NCBI GenBank assembly: GCA_030141605.1
Contig: JAQGDQ010000063.1
Span: forward strand, 372,001-436,000
DNA from: Tubiluchus corallicola
Lineage: Eukaryota; Animalia; Priapulida
Length of the DNA: 64,000 nt
Direction of reading: 5' to 3'
Part shown: positions 14,201-26,200 of the stretch, piece by piece
How the letters are laid out: each line of letters starts with the position of its first letter
Numbering within the stretch: the first letter of the stretch is position 1
The notes under the pieces: model-generated
Told to the model about the DNA's origin: nothing
Seen by the model: only the letters and a program-made list of their open reading frames with translations
The model's database searches: none
Made by a program: the position numbers and the translations under genes

Positions 14201-17200
14201 TTGGTTTTATCATTAGCATAGACTCAGATTCTAATCCATGCTTAATGCAAGTCACGAAATTTGAATTACTGAAATCGCCTTTGTGTGATTTTGTTACTCT
14301 TTCCCCTAACAGTTCATGCATGATTACAGGTAGATTCAGACACATCCACTAACCAGTCTTCTGAAGTTCCATTCCAAAGGTAGATTATTTAGATTATTTG
14401 GTCATTACCTGCGCTTTTACTTTTGAGATGAAGAGAAAACAAGTTGCAAAGTTTAAAGAGTTACTTTAAGGCTTTAAGCTTATTAATGATTCTTATTTAA
14501 AACAGATTGACGAAACTGTAACCACTGGTATGTGTTTTCACACGTTTCTCATTAGTGTCATAATTTCACTGTAAGTAGGTCAGGGTAGTACTTACTTGCA
14601 TGTGAAAAATAATACTTTAAGTCTTCAATAAACACTGGCATCCATCCAAAATATAAATCCAAATTATTTTATTCAAATTGAAGATGATTTGGCCCATTGG
14701 ACAAAAGGCAGTAAACATGTTTTCCCAGTTAAAGTGCATGAGAACCATAAATTCGCATTGCATGAGTTAACTCTTAACATACATGTATAGTGTGCTCTGT
14801 ACTGAATTGATTTTAAAAACTTTCGTTGTAAGCTGTGTGTATTTTATTGCCGAACCTCTTATTGTTTTGCCACATGTCCTTTAAGTTAAATATTCTAAGG
14901 TCTTGACTTTACTCCAGGCAAAAAGTACTAGAATGTGTTTGTTTTTTGTTTATTTGAAGCAAGAACCAATTTCCTTTTTTGTCCAAAACCACTGTTCAAG
15001 TAAAACGTTCCTGCATCAAAAAACCCACCAAAAAAGTGGAAATAATTTGAAACAAGTAGTGTTGTGGTTCACTAAATGAAAATAAAATGTTTTACATAGA
15101 ATAATTTTTATCATTTATCTAATTTAGTTGCTTGAACTTGCTCCACTTAGCTTGTAAGTTTTACCTGAAATTCTATTGATGCTTGCAAAACTCTTCAACA
15201 CATTTGGAATTCAGCTTACCTGTATAGAAGGGCGTGAAATGTGAATAAGGTCCTTGTTGTTTGGCGTAATGTTGTTTGAGTGTCAACATAATCAGACTAA
15301 TGTAGCAGGAAAAACAGCTGTGTCAGAACTACATAAATAAACAAACAGTTTTTATAGTCATTAAATTCAACATCGTTAGTTCTTGTGTCTCTTAATTATA
15401 TAGATATACATCTTATCTAAATTATCTTTATTTACATGCTAATGAATTCTATGTGTTCTGTAACAATGCAAGTAAACTGAAATGGTTTGGTGCTTCAAAT
15501 TTTATGTGTAAACTTACTAAAGTAAACTATAAACTATTGAAATGCTTGCAAGTTATAAAACCAAAGTTTTATTTTTAGTTACGTGGTAAGAATCGTAGGA
15601 GGTATTCCGCAGAGAACCCCGGTGGGCCAGGAATCGAAACCAGGAAAAATTTCTGATATGGACACAACAAAGGTAACGAGTATAATTTTTAACATTTCAC
15701 TGGCAGTTAGTAAATCATAATTTTAACTTTATGACAAAATTTTTATGTTATAAATTTTATGTTGTTACTTGTAGAGTAATGAGATAGATATATGAGTTTT
15801 TCTTGAAGTAATTTATTGAGATAATTGTTAATGTTTATGATATTTTGTTAGACCTCATATTTTTAGACCCATTGTCTTTGCTTGCAGTCTAACACATGTC
15901 TTGTAATTTCAGCCAAAACATAGAGAAGCAAAATCTTTTATACGTAAAAAACGTCACGGATCAGTAGGTAAGTAATAAGCTAATTAATTTTCTTTAATTA
16001 ATATTTTCAACTTCTAAATGTTTTACTGACTTCTCTTGTTTTTTTTACAAAAACATTTTTCTATAGGCCTCAGTATGCCCTACACATTCTGAGAAATTGC
16101 ATACCTAATTTTGATTAAGGAAAACAAAACACGAAGCATCATTGTGAACTAAGAAACGAGAATTTCTAATTCTCAACAAAAAGATGCCTTCTATGATTTC
16201 TTATGATTTATGTATTTGATAAAACTACCATTTTCTTATGAAATGAACAGGCAACAGAAGAGTATCTTGCCAAGATTTGGGAAAGGGTGACTGTGAGGGA
16301 TGGTTATATAAATGGAAAGAACAGAAGGGATTGTTAGGAAGTCGGTGGACAAAACGATGGTGTATACTTAAAAACCAAAATTTGTATTATTACGCACATG
16401 AAAAGGTGAGGCATCGATTGATGCAAAATTTCAGTAAATTTACAACATTATATTTATATGCATTCCTTTAGGCATATCATGTTTTTAACAAAACCATCTT
16501 TATCAACTCTAGTCGTTTGTTAAATGTGGACTGTTTTAATATGAAAATCTTAAATAGTTTTATTATAATTTTTATATGGGCTAAATCATTTTAGTTTAGT
16601 TCTGTGCTGTTCATGTAAATTTTATTTTTTTTCTTATGTTATAATGTATTGCTTGTAATTATAAGTAAATCAAAATGCATTGCACATTGTACTGTAAGTT
16701 CAAATAAAGTAAATTAAACTATGCAAGTGGATTTTGAGAGTTTGCACACTGTCAAACAGTTCTGGATCTTACCTACTAGTTGTCACTGCATATAGGCAAA
16801 AAGTAGTCATCAGCAGTTATCAAGTTTCACTAGATTTCGGCATTCAATTGGACCTGCTATCTAACTTAATGTATATGTTCAACATACAATAGCTTATACA
16901 TTCAGCCTAGCATGGTAATAAAATGGACTTTGTGCACTATTCATTGGATTTTATGGATAAGTGAAATTTTTACCAATGTTTAGTTACAGTGCTTGTGAGT
17001 TTTTTCTGTTTACTAGTTAATCATAAATCCAAAGAAGAATGCACTTTTACTTTCAACAAGGCAGGGTAGGTTCCTGAATTTTCCAACGGGTTGTATTGTT
17101 CCCAGCGGTGACTTGCTTCCAGAATGGTCTTTCCCTTTTATTGCATTATTTGTTATAGAGCAGTGTTAAAATTAGTCAGACGTGGCCTGAAACTGCTGCA

Positions 17201-20200
17201 TCAGCAAATTACTCTTTGACATGTTACAAAGACTGTGCTATTTTAACAAGACGGTAACGCTGATGTAAATAAAGTTGTGACTATCATAATGTGTTGTTCT
17301 TTATTACCCAATGACTGTAAACATAACTTTAAGCATAATGTTAAACTTCCTCCCTAAAAGACTGCAGTGACGGGTACCGATCTATTTTTCACCTTGTATT
17401 TTGATGCTGTGTTGGTTTATTAGATTGTAAAAAGAATGTGTCTTGGATTACATTTTTTTAACATAAGTGAAAACAAATTCTACTTGCAATATTTTCTTGT
17501 TTTCTAATTGCTTCTCAAGAATGTCAGTCTCAACAGTTTGACTGTTTCACACTTCACTTACATGTTTGCACACATCATTTTCAACATTCTGCAACAATAA
17601 AGTTTATTTATCAGACTACACTTCTTATTACACACAGATATTATGAATTTTAATATATAAATAAATATTTTTATTCATACAAAACTAAGTTAATTTTCTA
17701 TTGTTACATTTAGGATGATAAAGCTGAAGGTGTTCTGTATATGCCGGGGTTTAACATATCACCTGCCCCTGAGCTGAAAACAACCAAATAGTAAGTGATT
17801 ATTCGTATAACTTAGGAACTTAACTCCTAACACAAGCTAACAATGACATCAGTGATGAGTAAAATTTTTCCTTGATAGGAAGATTCCTCATACGTGTTTA
17901 TGAAAGCAAAAATTGTAATCTGGCACTGCTCAGTGACAGAGCACTGAAACACAAAAACCCAGCAAATTTTAAATTTGTTTTTATATCTGATTTTTTGTAG
18001 TTACTTTATTTACTCTAATTTTAAGTTCTGTAATTTATAAAAAAAGTATTATCTTGTTAGTTTTAAATAAGGCTTGTAATGAAGTTTAACAAATATTTCT
18101 ATATTGTAAGCATTTTCTTTTTATATGATAACCATGTTATAAAAAGTCGTTTTCAGAATATCTGTGTCCTAATATAATTCAGTCATGAGTTTTTTATCTT
18201 CCTTTCTTAACTACTCCATTATTTTGAATACTTTAAAAACTGTATGGTATTTGATTTTTTATTTATTTAATGTGCTTATTGGAAATATTATGTTTATATT
18301 TCAAACAGACGTTTGTTTCTTTTGGATTTGTAATCGCCCAATTCACAAGAACACGTGTTGCTGTTTTGGATTTATGCCTTTGGGTTAAACCGTGTAAATA
18401 AATAACCATGCTTATCGGAGTAAAGTCCAGCGTAATTTGTTTTTTTATATCAATATTATTTATTTTTTTACATGGTATGATTCAGAATGAACGTTGCAGA
18501 AGTAGTTAAAGCATTGCTTTTAGATTTCTAACAAAAGCAGGTTTTATGGGTTTTCTTCTAGTCTATTACACGATTAACTTCTGAAATGACGACGAAATGG
18601 ACTCATTTTCAAACACATAATTTTTAAGGAATGAATGGCAGTGTTATGCTATGATTATGAATCTATTTCACTGATCATCTGATGATCTGCAGACATTGTC
18701 TACCTCAAGCTTTGAACAATGGATATTTTACTGAATGTATTGCATATCCCAATGTTAATTACAGCTTGTTTTATCAGAACTTAAAAAATGAACTTAACGT
18801 TGATTGAGTATATTTCTGTAAATTAAGAAATAACGTGTTACTTTTTGTGTATCTGTTTATTCTGTTATTCACCCATGACTACATTGACTTATCTCAGATG
18901 GGCTGCACTTCATTTTCAGTGCTTTTAAAGCTCATCATCCCGGTACCACATTTTATTTTGCTGCTGAAAGACAGGAAGACGTTACAAAGTAAGTCATATT
19001 ATAACTAAAAAAATGTTTGCCTTAAAGGAAGGAAACACATATTTTTACAAAAGCCAAAACAATAGGTCAACAGACTTTTTTCATAATAATCCAATCTAGT
19101 TACCTGAAAGCTACTACCTCACCTTAAGAATAAGATTAAGTAAGGCATAAGTAAAATGTGCACATAAATTTATTATTCCTTGAGTTACTTTTTATAGACT
19201 GTTTAATTCTGATTGAATTGAGAAAGCTGCATGCAGAAACTAGATTATTTTAAGGAACTGACAAAGTTCGGCATATTGCTGCAGTAATATTAATTTTATT
19301 GGATGTCCCATCAATTTTCATTCAGTCAAGCAGTTAGATAACAGAAATAATAGTAGTTATTAATAGTAAAATAATGTAATAATAACGAGCCTAGCAAAAG
19401 CTTTGCTAAAAATTTTGTTCATAAATAGACTTATGATCAATAATGCATAAACATTCTACATGGTGTATATTTATTGTTTCTTATCACTTTAACATAGCAA
19501 TTAGCCGACAGATGTTATCATATTTACACACGGAATGCAACTTGTAAACAAGGGTTATGAACAGGGGTTATTGTATTTGATGGATTTTGAGTGATTTTGT
19601 GCTATGCAGAAGTCGTCATTGAAGTACTCGGAGTTTGCTAAAAGCAAAAAGCTGAATTGCGTTACCAAGATTTAACTTGTAAGTTCATTAATGTATTTTC
19701 AGATGGATGAACAAAATGGGCTTGGCAGCAATAAATTTTGATGCATCAAAAATTGAGACAACAAGTGGATTCAACAAACTAAATGTACTTGAAAGTAAGT
19801 CTGATTTCATGATTACAAGTTATTCAACGTACTTCTATTGAAGAAAGGACAATATAGAGTCTGTTTAATTCTCTCTTTACAGCTACATATTAGATGTATA
19901 GCTGAATTAACGCTATGCAAGCAAATCTAGTTATTTCAGTTTGTCATGCTACATGATGTTTAAATGAGAGAGTTTGGCAGCTATTTTTATTTTACTAAAT
20001 AATTTATTTTGTGCTAATTGTTATTACTATAAGTAATATATTAAACATATTATATATTTTTGTGTGCTTTATTTCCGTTTTCTCGTATTTTCAGAGTTCA
20101 TATTCTACAGTGAAAGTGAGGAGAGTCTCACAGATATCAGTCCTATGCTGAGTCGTAGCACAACCATTCGTACATCTAATGACAGCCTTTCAAGCTGTGG

Positions 20201-23200
20201 TTCAGCTGCCAGTAGTCCTGCTGTGCCTAGGTTAAGTAACATTTTTATATAGTTTGGTTAAGATAGTTTCTTTTCCCAATTTACATTAGAGCGTTTTAAA
20301 AAGGGTGCTATCATTTCCTTAGGTTGTTGATCGGTAGATTTCTGTAGATCTCCAGGTTATATTTTGTGATCAACTTTAAGACACTTATTTCATCTCTATA
20401 GGTGATTAGGGTTTGCTAAGTCTGTTTAATTTAAGCGTCTATGTGCTTCTGTTAAGTTAGTAAATTCTTCTGGAAAAATACATACACAAAAACTTCTCTT
20501 GCTTCAAATTCTGGATTGGATAAAACACAAAAATTTTATTGTTTTGAATGTTTAATACAGTTGTAGTAAATGCTAGTTCTTGTTCTATTAATATGTTCCA
20601 AATAGTAAGAAAATATACAAGACAGTTTGTAAGTTCATTCGTTATTTGAAAGGAAAGGGCTATTTGAGCCAGAGAAACATAATTATTGTTATTAATAGTT
20701 GAACAATTTTCAGTTTGTATTGTTTCGTTGGTAAAAAAATTCAGTAAGGTTTTTGTTTCAATGATTTTTTTTGAGGAATTCTGGCAAAGTTTTGCGAAAT
20801 TGGGTTTTGATTCAGTTGTTTCAATAAATTCGGTCGGGACCAGTAAAAATTCATTTTTATTATTTGTCATTTTCGTCTGACGAACGCTGCCATTAAACAG
20901 TTTGCGCTTGGTAGGCCGGCATCATATGAGGTGATGGGCCTGGATGCCATTGAAGTCATTCAGTTGTCGACATCTTCATTTCTATGATGTACGTACATGG
21001 ATTATTCTTGTTAATTTAGCACAAGAAATTGTGAATTTAGCACAGATTATACTTTTTGTCAGCATTGTTATTAAAGTAATTACTATACTGTTATCTGTTA
21101 AGGAAAACTCATTTAAGTACTGGTTACTTACTGTTTGGGTTATCAAAATAAAATTTGTATATATATATCAAGGGGGTTACATAATACCTTAATCTTACCT
21201 CTCCAAGTGTGAAAATAAACGCCTTTTAAAAAACCTGCTGAGGTTGAACTTGTAAACTATTGAAATTTATTACTATAAGTTAATAATTCAGCTCAAAACC
21301 GTTTCGATTAAAAAAATGTGAAAGTCAGTTTCGGCATAATAAAATCATAGAAATTTGGTTTAAATTCGGTTTCGGCAAAACAAAATTGTAGAAATTTGGT
21401 TTAAATTCGGTTCGGCCCGAAAAGGCTGAAAATTTGGTACCGGTTCGGTTTGGTAAAATCTGGTTTCGATGCATCCCTTATGAGGATGTAAAAGGAGAAG
21501 TAAGTGTCAAACCGCAACTTGCTCTAACAATGTACAGTTTCACTAGCTGGTGCTAAAGTACAACTTTGGTAGCTATACATATAAGTATGCTAAATTAGAT
21601 TTATAACCAGGTGTAGGAAAAACAGAATGCAAAGTGATTATTAATGGCATTTTAGCAAGAATAAAAGTTAGTTAATTCACATCTGTGAAAGAAAAAATAG
21701 CTTGGGTTGAGTAACACAAATACAACATGTCTGTTGCATCAAGTGTCAATATAGTAGGAATTATGGATAGGGGTGTTCGAGATTCAGGACAGGATCGGGG
21801 TTTGTGTCGAGATCAATGGTTGCCGCGTCTAATTGAGTTCAAAGTCGATGTTTTTTGGGGTTTGGGTTGAAGAGTTCGGGATCAGTGTTCATGTCTGGAC
21901 CCAAAGTTCGGGTTCAGGATTCTCGACTTCGAATATAATTATCAATAAAAGAGATAAGAAAATAATGAAGTTATTTTCTTCTCTCTGACTTTCACAATTT
22001 TAGCTCTAACCTATTGAAATTTCGATAATTGCTATTCACCCAGCCACGGTAAGTTCAAATGGTTTCATCTGCAGGAGCAATATTGGGTTTTAGATGTAGA
22101 TACGTAAATCGCAGTAATTGTATTATTAGTCAAACTGTGTGTAATGATGGAAACCCGAGCTTACTGTTTGGCATAACATCGAATTATTGCTGCTCACTAC
22201 ATATGGTTTGTATCATTTAATAATTCTAATTTGTATATGTTTTTCTATTTCTATATATGTGTTTTTCATGGACTTTGCATCTAGTTCAAAGAGTAAAATA
22301 AATAAATACTAGTAGCAGTGAAACAAACTCACATAAAACGTTTTTGCTAGACGGTCTCATTCTTTTATTATTATATTTGCATATTATATTGTGCCAACAT
22401 TATTGACAAATTTACACCCACCGTGTGTGAGTCCTCCTCATATGATTCAACAGAATAACGTGTCACGTTCACATGCACGTGGCTGAATGAAGTTTCTCTG
22501 TCTGTGCCACATTATCATGCGTTTACTTTAATGTCTATTTACAAGACATTTTAAAGAACAATGGAACCTTGACAATCATGCGATGCAGTTGTAGTTAATA
22601 AAATCTTAATCACAAAATTTAAACAATGAATCACTTGGCCCATTTCTCCTCATATGCTTCAAAAACTTAAATTAGATGTTTTTCAAATATTATAAACTTG
22701 CAAAGTTTGGGATTAGGGTCGGAACTGGATGGGAAATTCAGGAGCGATGAAAGGTTTGGGATCAAGGCTTGGGGTCAGGATTATGGTGCACCTTGATCAC
22801 AGACACCCCTGATTATGCATATAGTTATACTTGTGCTCATAAATATTAACACATATAGCTTGTAGTGAATATGCTTTATATGCTAGATATTTGCTAGATT
22901 TGTTAATTTTAGAATATTTCTTTCATTTAAAAATTTTGAAATCAACACTTTTATTTGTTTGATATACAGGAAAGCTGTAAGTAACGAAGAAATGACATCA
23001 AACATTAATAACAGAAGTACTGTGAATGCTGGAACCAGGACAGAGAAGGAAGAATCTGTGCTTGGAGGAGTTTATTCCAGATTACTGCCTAGTCCTCGGA
23101 TTGGACATCGACACAAAGATAAGAGCACAAAGAAATTTACAAAAAGTGAAAGGAAGCAAGATGCTAGAAAAGTAGAAAAGGAAAAACGGAATACTGTAAT

Positions 23201-26200
23201 GCATATAGTCAGTAAATCACTTGAAGCAGACATAGATACCATAGCAGGAGAAAAGTGTGGGCTTGCTCACAATCCTGATATTGTAGAACTCAATGAGAAA
23301 CAACAGCAGAGCAGAACTACTAAGCATGAAGAGTCTTCGTACGTTGTATCGTTACAGCTGCATTCGCAAACAGAAGATAGTGAATGTGTTACATTGGACG
23401 ACAGTGCTGTGTGTAGTAAACCACCTAGTGCTGAACAGAAAGAAATGTTTGACAAAAATAGAAAAGTAAAAAACACGAACAATAATAACACTTTAGGTGG
23501 CAGTGGTTTGTGTGTAGAAAGGGAAGATGCATTTGACATTGAAATGCTTCAAAGTAGTGTTACAGGCTTTAAGACTTTAAGTAATGATACATCGTTTGAT
23601 AGCTCAGTGAGTGACTGTCAACAAGCCTTCAAGGAGACTGTTCGCGCTGACTGTGTAAAGCAAAAAAAGATGTATCGTTCTTCTGTGTCTCCTAGTCGTG
23701 TCAGTCAAACACCTTGCTTGAGTGATAGGAGAGCAACAGAATCAAATGTTTCTAAATCAGGTAAATCTGAAAGTATAGGAAGCGATTGGGATTGGGTTCA
23801 TCCAGAATTTGCTGAAACAGAATTTATTAGTGATTGTAGTGATGCTGATGTGTTTAGTGAAGAGGAACTGGACAACAAAGGTAAGCTACAAGAAAATAAT
23901 ATCTCTGGAAATTGGACAAGCACCTATGTTGGCCTAAATGTTTCAGAAAATCGTATTTGTAAATCAGAAGGTGAGATTATAATGTCAGATACTGCTATGC
24001 CAGTAAGTTCAAATGTACAGTTTGCTCACTTACAAGATCAAATGACTGGTGACAGTCAAAAAACATTTACAGAAATGCCTTTCAAGCTTGTGAGAAAGGG
24101 AGCTATTAAAGGAAGGTTGGTAGATCACAAATTTGTTCTTATGCATGCTGCAGCTGACGATAGTGCCTTAAATGACCCTGCTACACCACTTAATACTAAT
24201 ATTCTTGCAAATGATGCTTTAACAAATGAAGAGCAACTTTTTATGTTGGATCGTATTGTTGACAAAAATCGTATAGGTGCAAACACTGAGGAATCAGTGG
24301 ACACTACTGTCAAACGCAGTTCTGGTCAAAATATAAAAGCTGTTTATCTTCCTTCTGACAGTGAGACATCTTCCTTCTGTGGTGCTGGTAGTGACAGCTT
24401 GATTAATGATAAGATATCTACAGACAGTGATAGTACATTAGTTAATGCGAATGTTATGCATGATAATGATGAATGCCTTCTTGTTTCTTATAATCACTTG
24501 CATGAACTCTGTCGCTCTTTTTCTTCTGGTGCATGCCTTTGCAATGAACTGCATGACGGTACTAATATGGGCAATATAGTTGGTAGTGCCACTTCTAACT
24601 ATCACCTTGAAACAACATTTGGGGCATCAGAGTTTGCAGAACCGCAAACTGTGTGTTATCAACACTCAGGTGCAAGTCAAAGTTCCAGCATTTTATCTTC
24701 TTCGGATTCTTTAGCCAACCGTATTGTATATGTTGAGAAACGTTCAGATTTTGGTAAGTGTGTAAGTGAACCATTTGCAATGCATGATGATGAAATTCCA
24801 AAACCTTTGCATGTACAAACCTTACAAGCTGCGAACATAAAATGTGGTCCATTTTTAAGTGAGCAACATGAACTGTCTAATTGCAAACGATACAAAAGAC
24901 TGGGATTGAAACATTGGAATTGTGAAACCGTGAAAGCAGGTAGGTTTATACTTTATTACACTTTGTATTTGTCATTACTATTTAAGACACTTGGCTTTTA
25001 TACCTTTGTGAAGATATATTTAGCTTTGTAGTATTGTTTTAAAAAATTTTGTTGTCTGATAAATAATTATAGCATAATTTCTTGGACCCATAGTGCCTTT
25101 GTAGTTAAAGCGAAGGATGAAGTAAAAACACCACATTATCTACAATCAACAATCTTTTTATTGACTAGAAGTTTAATATGAGCTACCTAAAAAAAGTCAC
25201 TGCCGCACACCAAAAATTCATCTGCATATTGTTAACTGATCAGTTATAAAAGTAGCAAAAAAGATTATAATATTTTAATCAGCATTCTAGTAAATGAAAT
25301 TTAGCTTAATAAGTTTTCGCTGCACTTTATAACAATTTTATTTTTTACTATCCTAAGTATTAACTATTAGAGATATGTATAAGGATACCAGGAAAGTTAA
25401 GTACCAGGAACACAGACTTGCATTTTTTCCAGTTGCATTACAATAAGTATGGTTACTGTCATTGCTTAAAGGCATTTTTTTAATAAATGAACTTGTAAAT
25501 CTGTGTATAAGGCAATGTGTAATTACTACCAGTAAATAATATCGCTCTTGGCTTGCTTTTCTATATGTTGGTGATTCTAGTCAATGACACTTGTGAGCAT
25601 TCCTTAGTGCAGTCTTTGCTGATAGTTTTTTATTTGGTTTCCATTATTTTCTTATAACGATGTAGGACTAGTAACTATTATCGCCATTTAGAATTAAAAT
25701 GACCTTAATGGGCTTTTTTGCAATTTGTTATGGTGGGGCTTGATACTTCAAAAATTTCAGGATTTCTTTTCTTATACTTTGCAAGCAGTGGGAAAGTTGG
25801 ATGACAAAATTTGTTAAATTTATAAAATGAATGGTGGTTGGCTAGACAGTGAACTTGCATAGATGGTTGAAAATCAAAGTTTACACTTATTTTAGAGCAA
25901 AATATGTCTTGTAATTTGTTATCTAAGACTTACTAAACAGGTGAATTGAAGTGTGTCGATTCTGCTAAAGTGAAAGGTACTTTTATGGTCATGATAAGCA
26001 AAAAGGATGCGTTACTAATGAATTTCCCCCAGTCAGACGCAGTAGTAATTCTATCAGGGATAAATTTGTCTTATGACTAACTTGATAATCAGTGGGTCAC
26101 CAACCCAGCATTGTTTGCTTAGCTTTTCTTGTGATTTAACTTTGTGATGAAGCTTAAAGCAGTTTTTTAAAGCTGAACTTGCTTTGGTTCATGAATGATA

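Noticed and set aside
24940-25031. Hydrophobic tail of the 690-aa ORF as a membrane anchor of a standalone gene
   Set aside because: It lies after a good donor (G|GTAGGT) and is T-rich intron read-through. The ORF is an internal CNK exon whose TTG start is in the intron.
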